Sequence record: PZ445554.1
Source of the DNA: a phage
Strand: one strand, 5' to 3'
DNA length: 64,000 nucleotides
Below the pieces are notes generated by a model. It made no database searches. It was given only the letters and a program-made list of their open reading frames with translations, and was not told the origin of the DNA. Of this stretch, positions 18,809 to 27,396 are shown piece after piece. The first letter of the stretch is position 1, and each line of letters opens with the position of its first letter. The translations under genes were made by a program, and so were the position numbers.

Positions 18809-19209
18809 TTTTCAATTTTACTAAATACACAGAATATGATGGAAAAGACTATATAAGCACCGCATACAGATTGAACTAATACCATTCCAAAGAACCAAAC
18901 AATATTATCAAACAGTGTCTGTTTTACGTCGAAAGGACGTAAACTTACAGTAATATTATCACCTTTTTCTATTGAAGAATACATCTCTGGTGAAATATAT
19001 TCGCTAAATCTATAACCGTCTTTGAGTTCATATACGGCAATAAACGATAAACTAGACCCCTTTCCTTGAGTTCCTGTAAGGGTATTAACTACAGTAACAT
19101 CATAATCTTTATAATGCATATAATCATTAATTGCGTAATAACCATATGCAACTACTACACATAAACAGCATATCAATAAATTCAATCTTTTAATTATCAA
19201 CTGTTTCAT
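18805..19209 (-). CDS. membrane protein
   Basis: 134 aa; hydrophobic N-terminal (LLICCLCVVVAYGYYAI) and C-terminal (IVWFFGMVLVQSVCGAYIVFSIIFCVF) segments. Confidence 0.55.
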   Translation of the reverse strand: MKQLIIKRLNLLICCLCVVVAYGYYAINDYMHYKDYDVTVVNTLTGTQGKGSSLSFIAVYELKDGYRFSEYISPEMYSSIEKGDNITVSLRPFDVKQTLFDNIVWFFGMVLVQSVCGAYIVFSIIFCVFSKIEN

Positions 19210-19267
19210 AATAATAATCTCAATTAAAAGGGCTTAGAACCATTATACCATCCTTGGTATAAAGCGG

Positions 19268-19795
19268 TTATGCGAGTACCGTCTTTAACCGTTCTTCAAA
19301 CTTCCGAAGAGTATTTTGGCGTTCAGCTCTTTGCTTTTTGTAAGTTTCAATACGCTCTGAAATGAGATTGTATCGTTCATTTACTGATTCTTTCATAAAA
19401 TCAGGAATTTCACGAGAAGCTTTAATCTCGTCAAATTTATCAATAACAGCTTGCTCTTCAGCAATTAAGTTATCATACATCAAAATATCTTTCTTGATGA
19501 ACTCAATATCTTCTTGAGTTACACGAGATAATTTAGATGCTTTATCCTTTTTGTACTGTTCGTTAGTATCACGAGACCAGTGTAATGTACGATTTTTATT
19601 CGTATTCTTGTAAATTTCTACAATACCAATCTCATCGATAATAACGATCCAATTCCAACGGGATTTGTAAATTTGTCCTCCATCAACCGTGATTTCACCT
19701 CCGATTGAGATGTCATTAAAGAACTTGCTTTGTGCTTCAGATTTAAATTTACCATCGTTGTAATTTACCAGGTTGAAAATATCTTTAGCGTTCAT
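19268..19795 (-). CDS. hypothetical protein
   Basis: 175 aa; GGAGGAAC RBS; directly downstream of early promoter. Confidence 0.55.
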   Translation of the reverse strand: MNAKDIFNLVNYNDGKFKSEAQSKFFNDISIGGEITVDGGQIYKSRWNWIVIIDEIGIVEIYKNTNKNRTLHWSRDTNEQYKKDKASKLSRVTQEDIEFIKKDILMYDNLIAEEQAVIDKFDEIKASREIPDFMKESVNERYNLISERIETYKKQRAERQNTLRKFEERLKTVLA

Positions 19796-19823
19796 TTTGT
19801 GTTCCTCCGTAGTTGATAGTTGT

Positions 19824-19853
19824 ATAGTACCACAGAGGAACAGTCTTGTAAAC
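19824..19853 (-). promoter_or_regulatory. T4-type early promoter
   Basis: Minus strand GTTTAC-N18-TACTAT with upstream TGG; conserved module also at 21263, 24835, 36359. Confidence 0.5.
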
Positions 19854-19855
19854 CA

Positions 19856-20170
19856 CTAAAAGAAACTTCTTTCACAATTTTTTCCACTGAACCACGCGCT
19901 CACTGCTTTCTTAGTCTCAGGAGCAGTGTTATCCATAAACCATTCAAAGGCAGCCTTTTTATGATTCTGGAGGGCTTCTCGGGCTTTAATCTGCTCACGG
20001 TCTATTAACACTAACATATGAGCCTTTCTTGTCACCAAGGGCTTCTTATGATTCTTGGAGTATTCCCAGTCATTTGTCCAACGCATTGTCGTTGCGAACT
20101 GATGAACCGCGTCTTTAATTTTAGTTTCGTAAATTTCACGAGCCTTTGAGTATAACATCACTACCTCCAT
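19856..20170 (-). CDS. hypothetical protein
   Basis: 104-aa ORF. Confidence 0.5.
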   Translation of the reverse strand: MEVVMLYSKAREIYETKIKDAVHQFATTMRWTNDWEYSKNHKKPLVTRKAHMLVLIDREQIKAREALQNHKKAAFEWFMDNTAPETKKAVSAWFSGKNCERSFF

Positions 20171-20259
20171 TTACCAGTTTAATTCTAATCATCTTTTTGA
20201 TGGCAGTCCATATAATCTATTTCTGAACTGCCTTTTTGTCATAGAAGGCCTCTTATGAA

Positions 20260-21240
20260 TTATTTCAGAAGAGTAACCTCAGCAATTTCTTCCCAACCGT
20301 TTTTGTCGGTCATAATAAAGTCAGCAAGATAAAGTGCAGTACGCAGTGAAACATTGCGTAAACGATTAACATTGACTTTCATCCATGATAATGCTTTATA
20401 AGTTTCTTCATCAGAAAGACCGCGCTTTTGCATCATGTCAGTTGAAAGAATAACATCTTCAACCCTGACCATAATTTCTTCATTAGTGTGAACACCCAAA
20501 TCCAAATAAACTGAGCGGGACACTAATGCTTGTAAATGTGGAGCAAGTTTAGTACCACGGTCTAATTCGCGGTCAATATCAACGTTTGTGATAAAAACAA
20601 TTGTTCCTTTAAATTCAAACTCACGGTCAATGCCTTTTTCTTCTAAGTAAGAAGATGCAGTACTCCAGCAGACTTTACGGGTCTCTCCAGTGTCCAGAGC
20701 AGCTTTCAGAAGATTAAGAATGTCCATATCAGAGAAAACATCCACATCATCAATCAAAAGGACAGAATTCTCTTCACGATTATTCCAAAGCTGCTCATAA
20801 AGACCGATACCAGAGATTTTACCATTAATGCTTTTATACTCAATGTATCCAATATCATTTGCTTTATTTAAAGCTTTATCTAAAGAATACGTTTTACCAA
20901 TACCCGCCGCACCAGAGATAATTAATGAACGAATGTTTCCGTTAATAATACCATTCGTCATCATTCCCATAACATTAAATCTTTTATTAATGCGGGTTTT
21001 CATATCTTCATATGATTCTTTAACTTCTTCAACTTTTACGCCATCATATGAAATGTCTGATTTGTAAACCCAAACACCGCGACGTTTACCGTCAATTTCA
21101 ACAAAAACTTTACCATCTCCTTGTGCATCTACCGGAGCATTATCTGGGAACCATTCGCCTAAGAGCTCAAAAGTTCCAGAGATTTCTTTACCGAAGTAGA
21201 TACCCTTATTGATAGTTACAGTTTTCATTTTATTCTCCAA
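20260..21240 (-). CDS. AAA+ family ATPase
   Basis: 326 aa; Walker A GAAGIGKT, Walker B VLLIDDVD, sensor-like TIVFITN; ~90-aa N-terminal beta-rich domain. Confidence 0.7.
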   Translation of the reverse strand: MENKMKTVTINKGIYFGKEISGTFELLGEWFPDNAPVDAQGDGKVFVEIDGKRRGVWVYKSDISYDGVKVEEVKESYEDMKTRINKRFNVMGMMTNGIINGNIRSLIISGAAGIGKTYSLDKALNKANDIGYIEYKSINGKISGIGLYEQLWNNREENSVLLIDDVDVFSDMDILNLLKAALDTGETRKVCWSTASSYLEEKGIDREFEFKGTIVFITNVDIDRELDRGTKLAPHLQALVSRSVYLDLGVHTNEEIMVRVEDVILSTDMMQKRGLSDEETYKALSWMKVNVNRLRNVSLRTALYLADFIMTDKNGWEEIAEVTLLK

Positions 21241-21262
21241 ATCCGTATCAGTTGATAGTTGT

Positions 21263-21292
21263 ATAGTACCATAAAGCTTTATGCTTGTAAAC
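21263..21292 (-). promoter_or_regulatory. T4-type early promoter
   Basis: GTTTAC-N18-TACTAT (minus) followed by conserved leader ACAACTATCAACTG and GGAG RBS of the ATPase gene. Confidence 0.5.
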
Positions 21293-21322
21293 CGTTTTGT
21301 GAAAAATTTTTGAAATAAAAAA

Positions 21323-21340
21323 GGGAGCCCGAAGGCTCCC
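21323..21340 (-). terminator. rho-independent terminator
   Basis: GGGAGCC-TTCG-GGCTCCC hairpin immediately after the nucleotidyltransferase stop, then TTTTTT. Confidence 0.55.
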
Positions 21341-21342
21341 TA

Positions 21343-22356
21343 TCATTTATAATAACTTCGGTGGTTTTCAAGATAGACCTTCTCAAGGAAGTCATCCCAG
21401 AAACCCATGTCTACTTTTTGCTGCATACCGTTCTTAGAAGCTTCAGTAGATGCTGCTTCTACTTGATCGACCACATCTTCCAAAAACTCTTGAACTGTTT
21501 TAAATGGATGCTTACCCAACTTCACGTCGAGAATAAATGGAGCATCTTGGAGTGGATAAACCAAGTCACCGGTTTTGTAAATTTCCAATAGTTGAAGTCC
21601 ACCACGACAAGCATGGCTCAGAGCTTTCCAGTCAATACCTTCATTGGCTTCGGCCTTACGAGCACGTTCACCATATTCAGCATCTAATTTGTTCAGTGAC
21701 TGCTTAAGCTCAATAAGAGAAAGAGTTGTCTGATATTTACGACCCAACACAGTGTAGAACGTTTGTGGGCCTGTTTTCTCATGATTATAGAACACCCATT
21801 CACAGAATTCGTTTTCTGGAAGACGATGCTTAATATCTTCAACTTTAGTACGACGCTGCTTAATGGAACCGTCTTCTTGGTAATCAACCCATTGCTCAGG
21901 GATTTGATTAACTACTTTCAATACATCACGTAATGCAGCCAAACGAGAACCCTTGACACCGTATTTAGAAGCTTGCTTACGGACATATCCTAAATAGGAT
22001 TTCATGTTAGTCGTATAAAAACGAGAACGGTTGTCTTGAATAAACTTCCACACGTCAGGCAAATCAGATTTAACCACTAGCTCAGGTGGAGTGTGAAGCA
22101 TATCCAATGCTACAGTTTCACCATCTGCTGCTAATTTAAAGAAATATTTAAGACTGTATAGTTCATGGTCAATATCATCTTTAGTGTTTTTAGATGATGT
22201 GTTGTTAGTGTTTTTACTCATGTGCTCTTTGACATTTCCGATAAGAATATCGCGAGCAGGAGGAACAAAGATTTCTTTAAAATCTATATCAGATTCTGGG
22301 GTAGAAGTTCCATAAAGATGACTACCAAAATAGCTTTTCATTACTGTTTTCATCAT
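21343..22356 (-). CDS. nucleotidyltransferase-fold protein (Pol-beta superfamily)
   Basis: 337 aa; N-terminal GSHLYGTSTPESDIDF fits the GS-x(9-13)-DxD NTase motif; C-terminal ~200 aa of unknown fold. Confidence 0.65.
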   Translation of the reverse strand: MMKTVMKSYFGSHLYGTSTPESDIDFKEIFVPPARDILIGNVKEHMSKNTNNTSSKNTKDDIDHELYSLKYFFKLAADGETVALDMLHTPPELVVKSDLPDVWKFIQDNRSRFYTTNMKSYLGYVRKQASKYGVKGSRLAALRDVLKVVNQIPEQWVDYQEDGSIKQRRTKVEDIKHRLPENEFCEWVFYNHEKTGPQTFYTVLGRKYQTTLSLIELKQSLNKLDAEYGERARKAEANEGIDWKALSHACRGGLQLLEIYKTGDLVYPLQDAPFILDVKLGKHPFKTVQEFLEDVVDQVEAASTEASKNGMQQKVDMGFWDDFLEKVYLENHRSYYK

Positions 22357-22814
22357 TCAGCCTTATATTCAATAACAGGACATACTTTAGCTTTACGAGC
22401 TTTTAAAAATTCAACGATAACCGATTTCTTGGGTTGAATAGGAGGTAAACCTTTATACGCCCTATCAATATTTTCTACGTGTAAAGCATAATCCTTTTTC
22501 CATTTATAATCTTTATATTTTTCACGCAAATGTGCAGGAATAACAAATGAACCAATAATAAGTAAAACAACCAAAAGCGCAAGTATAAATGCCGATGGAA
22601 GAAGAGTCCATAAACTACCAAAAATAAGCCAGCGCTGTAAACTTTCTGCACAAATAATTGTTAGCCCTACGAGTATAGCACACCCAAAAATAGAAACGAA
22701 AAATGTAGGGATAACAATAGACCAAAAATATGCGCATAGTGTCTTAGGTCGTTGCCATTCATCGTTAAACAATTTGAATAATTTATAATGCCAAGAGTTT
22801 TCATTAATAATCAT
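22353..22814 (-). CDS. membrane protein
   Basis: 153 aa; two long hydrophobic segments. Confidence 0.55.
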   Translation of the reverse strand: MIINENSWHYKLFKLFNDEWQRPKTLCAYFWSIVIPTFFVSIFGCAILVGLTIICAESLQRWLIFGSLWTLLPSAFILALLVVLLIIGSFVIPAHLREKYKDYKWKKDYALHVENIDRAYKGLPPIQPKKSVIVEFLKARKAKVCPVIEYKAE

Positions 22815-22816
22815 AA

Positions 22817-23338
22817 TTATCCTTTCATTGAAGGTGTAACAGTTGTTAAATACTTAATCATAGCTTCAGCTTCTGATTTTGATAATGAAATTTCTCCATT
22901 GTTTTGACGAATAGAAATAAAATCCGGATGACGGTCACCACCAGCTTTTAAAACACACATATAAGTATCAACTTCGCCTTCAATATTTGAAATGATTGAA
23001 GCAGTTCCACATGAATGCGGTTTTTGATAAATCAATACAGCTTTTCTTCCGCCATTTGACTGCTCATAGGCTTTTAATACATCAAGCAAATCAGTTCTTT
23101 TATCAATAGCTAAAATGTTATTTTCATCTTCAATGTTAAATCCTTCAGATACTTCATAAAGCGTTACCCATAAATCACCAATGTCAATAACAGCATTTAC
23201 TTTTCCACGGCTTTCAAGAGTATGACAAATTTTCTTGATTTCGTCATAACTCATTTTAATAATATCATCTCCTTGACTAAGGAAGATGTCATTTTTAAAT
23301 TCAACACGAATTAAACCACTTCCACTTGAAATAAACAT
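22817..23338 (-). CDS. hypothetical protein (paralogue of next ORF)
   Basis: 173 aa; C-terminus ISLSKSEAEAMIKYLTTVTPSM matches ITLNKDEAIALKTYLDSVIPTM of 23345..23890. Confidence 0.55.
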   Translation of the reverse strand: MFISSGSGLIRVEFKNDIFLSQGDDIIKMSYDEIKKICHTLESRGKVNAVIDIGDLWVTLYEVSEGFNIEDENNILAIDKRTDLLDVLKAYEQSNGGRKAVLIYQKPHSCGTASIISNIEGEVDTYMCVLKAGGDRHPDFISIRQNNGEISLSKSEAEAMIKYLTTVTPSMKG

Positions 23339-23344
23339 ATTTCC

Positions 23345-23890
23345 TCACTTTGAAATCATAGTTGGAATAACAGAATCAAGATAAGTCTTTAACGCAATAG
23401 CTTCATCTTTGTTTAATGTAATGATATGTGATCGAAAATCGTCAATTTGACGAATAGATACTACATCTCCCTCTTCATAGCATTTTGACACATTTAAAAT
23501 AGTTTCATCATTCTGATTATAGGAGTTAGTAATAATAGCATTGCAATTTTTGAGCCATTTTAAACTATGTTTTCTTTCATTAGAATAATAAAAATATTTA
23601 ATCTTAGCTATAAAACTATCCCAATGGATAACTGATAAACACATTGACTCACTTTTAATATTAAATCCTGGGCATGAAGAATAAAAATGAATTTTGTGCT
23701 CATCATTGATGCTTACTATTTTATCAGTATAAGGATATTCAATTTGGGTTAAATGAATAATTTCACTAGGTGTAAAATACAGCATATCGTCTTCTTGCGT
23801 CAAACGATACATATTATTTACTTTTTCTATAGCCAATTCACCAAAAAGTGGACTAACTTCTAATACTAATCGTTTCGCCTCGCTCATCAT
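23345..23890 (-). CDS. hypothetical protein (paralogue of previous ORF)
   Basis: 181 aa; AGGAG RBS; shared C-terminal motif with 22817..23338. Confidence 0.55.
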   Translation of the reverse strand: MMSEAKRLVLEVSPLFGELAIEKVNNMYRLTQEDDMLYFTPSEIIHLTQIEYPYTDKIVSINDEHKIHFYSSCPGFNIKSESMCLSVIHWDSFIAKIKYFYYSNERKHSLKWLKNCNAIITNSYNQNDETILNVSKCYEEGDVVSIRQIDDFRSHIITLNKDEAIALKTYLDSVIPTMISK

Positions 23891-23994
23891 TACATACTCC
23901 TTTGAATCATATCAATAATATTGTTCACCAGATTATAGGTAAACAAAGGATAATTATATTGAATCATCACATACACAACAAACAAAATTTTCAT
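23890..23994 (-). CDS. putative 34-aa hydrophobic leader peptide
   Basis: Hand-translated MKILFVVYVMIQYNYPLFTYNLVNNIIDMIQRSM; GAGGAGAAGAGA RBS; TAATG overlap with the 181-aa ORF; just downstream of promoter. Confidence 0.3.
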   Translation of the reverse strand: MKILFVVYVMIQYNYPLFTYNLVNNIIDMIQRSM

Positions 23995-24022
23995 TCTCTT
24001 CTCCTCAGCAGTTGACAAGATT

Positions 24023-24052
24023 ACTATACCATAACCTTGCCAACTTGTAAAC
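24023..24052 (-). promoter_or_regulatory. T4-type early promoter
   Basis: Minus strand GTTTAC-N18-TATAGT. Confidence 0.45.
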
Positions 24053-24054
24053 CA

Positions 24055-24228
24055 TTAAATGACGTTTTCGATAAAATTCTGAAGCTTTGTATGAGCATCA
24101 ACCATGATTTTCATTTCTTCTTTGGCGAAAGCTATACCTCTTTCCCGAGAAGAACATTCATAGTCAGAAACTGCATTAGCGTATTCTTCAATTAGCTTCA
24201 TTAAAAACATCTGCTTTTCAGTTTTCAT
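24055..24228 (-). CDS. putative small protein (57 aa)
   Basis: Hand-translated MKTEKQMFLMKLIEEYANAVSDYECSS...; below ORF-track cut-off. Confidence 0.3.
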   Translation of the reverse strand: MKTEKQMFLMKLIEEYANAVSDYECSSRERGIAFAKEEMKIMVDAHTKLQNFIENVI

Positions 24229-24412
24229 TATTCCACCTAATCATTTCAAGATATTGAACTAACTTAGCTTTAGATTTATCCAAATCCTTTTTAGCTGCTT
24301 CTATACCGTCGTATGAATATCCTTCACAATGCTCAACTGCTAATTGATATGAATCTATTTCAATATCACGTGCTAATTTAATGATTTTTTCAAACTGTTC
24401 GCGTGTTAGCAT
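24218..24412 (-). CDS. hypothetical protein
   Basis: 64-aa ORF. Confidence 0.45.
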   Translation of the reverse strand: MLTREQFEKIIKLARDIEIDSYQLAVEHCEGYSYDGIEAAKKDLDKSKAKLVQYLEMIRWNNEN

Positions 24413-24414
24413 AC

Positions 24415-24654
24415 TTAAACTCTCGTATTATGATCGATAATTTCATCAAGAAACATATCTAACGCTTCTACAGCATTATTAACTTTATCTTCAAGTTCTT
24501 CAATACCTTTATTTGCAATGCCTGACGAAAACCAAGCAAAGTCACTAAGTTCCTCATCTGCTTTACGAATTAAAGCTACCAATTCCTTAATTTTATCCGC
24601 TTGTTCGATACTAATCATTATTCTACCACATATGAAAGAGAGAATATTGCACAC
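24415..24654 (-). CDS. hypothetical protein
   Basis: 79-aa ORF (start possibly internal Met). Confidence 0.45.
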
Positions 24655-24806
24655 GCCATGTGAGTTGCAACTTCATCACACATATTATAACGTTTCTTAA
24701 GAAGTTCTACAAGTTCTTCACTAGTAACTTCATCCATGTCGACGAAAAAATCACCATTAATGATGACGTAGATATTTCCTTCTTGATTGAGTGCTTCAAT
24801 TTTCAT
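24618..24806 (-). CDS. hypothetical protein
   Basis: ORF 24618..24851 trimmed to [10 protein letters not shown] start with AAGAGGAGAA RBS, downstream of the promoter's predicted start site. Confidence 0.45.
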
Positions 24807-24834
24807 GATGTTCTCCTCTTTATCTGATAGTTGT

Positions 24835-24864
24835 ATAGTACCACAACTCAAACGGAAAGTAAAC
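24835..24864 (-). promoter_or_regulatory. T4-type early promoter
   Basis: GTTTAC-N18-TACTAT plus conserved ACAACTATCA leader. Confidence 0.5.
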
Positions 24865-24879
24865 CGGTAAAATGAAAAA

Positions 24880-24897
24880 AGTCTCCCGAAGGAGACT
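24880..24897 (-). terminator. rho-independent terminator
   Basis: AGTCTCC-TTCG-GGAGACT hairpin after stop at 24902, followed by TTTTTT. Confidence 0.5.
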
Positions 24898-24901
24898 AAT
24901 G

Positions 24902-25288
24902 TTATTCGAGGGAAAGAAGATACTTACTCTGGTAAAACATTCCAGTAATATCATCTATCGTGCTTTGAATGGCTGGAGGCATTTCTTTATAAATGCTGTT
25001 AGATTGGTCTAGTATACGATCAATCATTTTAATTGTGTCGGTAGGAAGTTTACTGGCATTTGGAATTGAAGGTGTGTATTTTCTACCAGAATACCCCAAA
25101 TATTGCTCACCAAATTTATCAATCAAATCTGGCAACTCGGAGAAAATAAAATCGTATGCTTTGTGTCTAGCATAACTTTTAGTTTCAAAATGCGCAGAAT
25201 GAAAATAAGCTTGTGCAGCCATTAATAAACCTAAGTATTCATCTGCCTTTGAAGGTTTTCCACTTTGTGAAAAGTCGCTGAATTTCAT
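24902..25288 (-). CDS. hypothetical protein
   Basis: 128-aa ORF; 4-nt overlap with rI. Confidence 0.55.
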
Positions 25289-25578
25289 TCAGTCTCCAAT
25301 TTAATATTCATAATTCTAGCGTATGATTGTGCCATCTCCGCGCCTCGTTCTATACATTCAAAATCAGAAGAGCACGGGTCATTTTTATAGGTCGTTCTCA
25401 TAAAACTATAGAATTGTTCAGACGATTCTACGCTTTTATTTTCAAAAAGCATATAAACGTGTCTAATACCAGATTCCATAAATTTATCAAAATGAGGATC
25501 GACATTCGCTTCAATCGGTGGAGATAAAGCAAACGCTAATCCTAGCATGGCAAATAGTGCCGTTGCTTTTAAGGCCAT
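25285..25578 (-). CDS. rI: lysis inhibition regulator rI
   Basis: 97 aa; MALKATALFAMLGLAFALSPPIEANVDPHFDKFMESG... signal-anchor plus periplasmic domain, recognised as T4 RI. Confidence 0.85.
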   Translation of the reverse strand: MALKATALFAMLGLAFALSPPIEANVDPHFDKFMESGIRHVYMLFENKSVESSEQFYSFMRTTYKNDPCSSDFECIERGAEMAQSYARIMNIKLETE

Positions 25579-25590
25579 AAAGGCCTCCTA

Positions 25591-25803
25591 TCATTTTTGT
25601 CCTGTATTTACTTTATGCCGATGCACGGCCTTAACTTTATCAAGGTATTTTTCAAAATTTCGCAATCTAGTATAGTCTGCCGGAGATTGATTGAGTGATA
25701 CTTCTCGACGCAAAGCTGAAATAACATTTCCAACTTCCCTACGAATTTCATCTAATTGAAGCACAGTAAGATTGCGAAGTTGCTTTTCAGTTAATTGTAG
25801 CAT
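25591..25803 (-). CDS. hypothetical protein
   Basis: 70-aa basic ORF upstream of rI. Confidence 0.5.
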   Translation of the reverse strand: MLQLTEKQLRNLTVLQLDEIRREVGNVISALRREVSLNQSPADYTRLRNFEKYLDKVKAVHRHKVNTGQK

Positions 25804-25828
25804 ATATACCCCTTTAGTTAGATAAACC

Positions 25829-25836
25829 TATTTATA
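25829..25836 (-). promoter_or_regulatory. putative late promoter
   Basis: Exact TATAAATA on minus strand 25 nt upstream of ATG at 25803. Confidence 0.35.
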
Positions 25837-25845
25837 ACTTTTGCA

Positions 25846-26427
25846 CTAACCGAGCTTTTTAGTTAATTCATTCCAATGTTTTCTACACAAGGAAACATAA
25901 ATTTCATCGCCAATACAGATTTGATTACCCTCTTTAACTGGTGTTCCATCTTCCATTAATCGAGCTGTCATAATCGCTTTTTTACCACAATGACAAACTG
26001 CTTTTAGTTCAATAAGTTTATCTGCAATCGCCAAAAGTTCTTTAGAACCTTCAAACAATTTTCCAGCGAAATCAGTCCTTAGCCCATAAGCCATAACAGG
26101 AACATTATATGTATCAACAATTCGACTTAATTGATGCACTTGTTCAGTTTTTAAAAACTGAGCTTCATCTACAAATACGCAATGAATATCTTTTTGTGCT
26201 TCAGCCCATTTATAGAACTCAAAAATATCCATATCATCTGTAATAATATTCGCTTCCTGCTTAATTCCAATGCGAGAAACGACTTCACAGACAGAATCGC
26301 GAGTATCAATAGCAGGCTTAAGAACTAATACACTCATTCCACGTTCTTTATAATTATGTGCAGCAGTCAAAAGAGAAGCAGATTTTCCAGCATTCATTGC
26401 TGCATAAGTAAAAATTAAACTCGCCAT
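25846..26427 (-). CDS. tk: thymidine kinase
   Basis: 193 aa; P-loop AAMNAGKS, zinc-ribbon cysteines (CHCGKKA...C..C), recognised as T4 Tk. Confidence 0.93.
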   Translation of the reverse strand: MASLIFTYAAMNAGKSASLLTAAHNYKERGMSVLVLKPAIDTRDSVCEVVSRIGIKQEANIITDDMDIFEFYKWAEAQKDIHCVFVDEAQFLKTEQVHQLSRIVDTYNVPVMAYGLRTDFAGKLFEGSKELLAIADKLIELKAVCHCGKKAIMTARLMEDGTPVKEGNQICIGDEIYVSLCRKHWNELTKKLG

Positions 26428-26428
26428 C

Positions 26429-26617
26429 TTAGTCCTTAGTTAAATTTTCTAAATATGTTTCTAAATCATTTTCAGCTTTATCGATAGATTTTACTAATTC
26501 GTAATATGTTTCGGCATCTCCATATTCAGAAGATATTTCAAAAGACAAATCCTTTTCTAAACTAATAATTTCACCAACTAAAAATAATATTTCGTTCTTT
26601 TGTTCGCGAGTAATCAT
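26429..26617 (-). CDS. hypothetical small acidic protein
   Basis: 62 aa; paralogue of next ORF (MITREQKNEILFL vs MSLSKEQKDKLFSL). Confidence 0.5.
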   Translation of the reverse strand: MITREQKNEILFLVGEIISLEKDLSFEISSEYGDAETYYELVKSIDKAENDLETYLENLTKD

Positions 26618-26799
26618 AAGGAATTTATATAATTAATAAGTTCTTGTTCTTTATTATCGAATTCTTTAGAAAGTTCTTCGTACTCGTTTGCACTAAAAGG
26701 ACCGCATTCATTACAAACTTTTTCCAATTCGCTATTTTTATCCATAACTTCGTGGATAAGAGAAAAGAGTTTGTCTTTTTGTTCTTTGCTTAGGCTCAT
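26614..26799 (-). CDS. hypothetical small acidic protein
   Basis: 61 aa; 4-nt overlap with previous ORF. Confidence 0.5.
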   Translation of the reverse strand: MSLSKEQKDKLFSLIHEVMDKNSELEKVCNECGPFSANEYEELSKEFDNKEQELINYINSL

Positions 26800-26969
26800 A
26801 TATTAATTTCCAGAAGTTTTAAAATAATTCGCTTTTGCTTAAATATTTCCATAGTTAAATGATCAGTATCTTTTTGACCAATTCCAATGGCAAAACCTTT
26901 ATTAGCAGCGAGTTCAATTAAATTATCAAGTTCACGTAACACTTCGTACTGTAACTCAGAACTATTCAT
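26796..26969 (-). CDS. putative small protein (57 aa)
   Basis: Hand-translated MNSSELQYEVLRELDNLIELAANKGFAIGIGQKD...; ATGA overlaps at both ends with neighbouring genes. Confidence 0.45.
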   Translation of the reverse strand: MNSSELQYEVLRELDNLIELAANKGFAIGIGQKDTDHLTMEIFKQKRIILKLLEINI

Positions 26970-27178
26970 TTCGGTTTACCTTCTTTAACGAAATCTGGAT
27001 AAGGATAAAATCCCGAATAAAATCCTTCACCTTTATGATTGATGCATCCTTTATTAGAACAATAGCACCAATAATCGAAATCACAAGCCATTTCATCGTT
27101 GCATAAAGCAAAAACAACCGGCCACTTACACTTTTCACAATGGGCATTTTTAAGAATACTAGTTTGGCTCATAACCAT
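26966..27178 (-). CDS. cysteine-rich small protein
   Basis: 70 aa with 8 Cys (CEKCKW...CNDEMACDFDYWCYCSNKGC). Confidence 0.5.
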   Translation of the reverse strand: MVMSQTSILKNAHCEKCKWPVVFALCNDEMACDFDYWCYCSNKGCINHKGEGFYSGFYPYPDFVKEGKPK

Positions 27179-27396
27179 GTCACCTTTAAGCAGTATTCTT
27201 CTACATGCTGTTTACGACCTTTCTTATCAATAAAGGTATATTCAACGAATGTTCCAATGTAGTCTTTATCTACATCATGTGGACTATTAATTGGACATTT
27301 AGTACGGCAAATGCGTTCCCATTGACGAATAATTACTGCCTTATTCTTTGGGTCATACGGATGTGGATAATGTATATTCATAATAACGGTTCCCAA
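27169..27396 (-). CDS. hypothetical protein
   Basis: 75-aa ORF. Confidence 0.45.
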   Translation of the reverse strand: MGTVIMNIHYPHPYDPKNKAVIIRQWERICRTKCPINSPHDVDKDYIGTFVEYTFIDKKGRKQHVEEYCLKVTWL

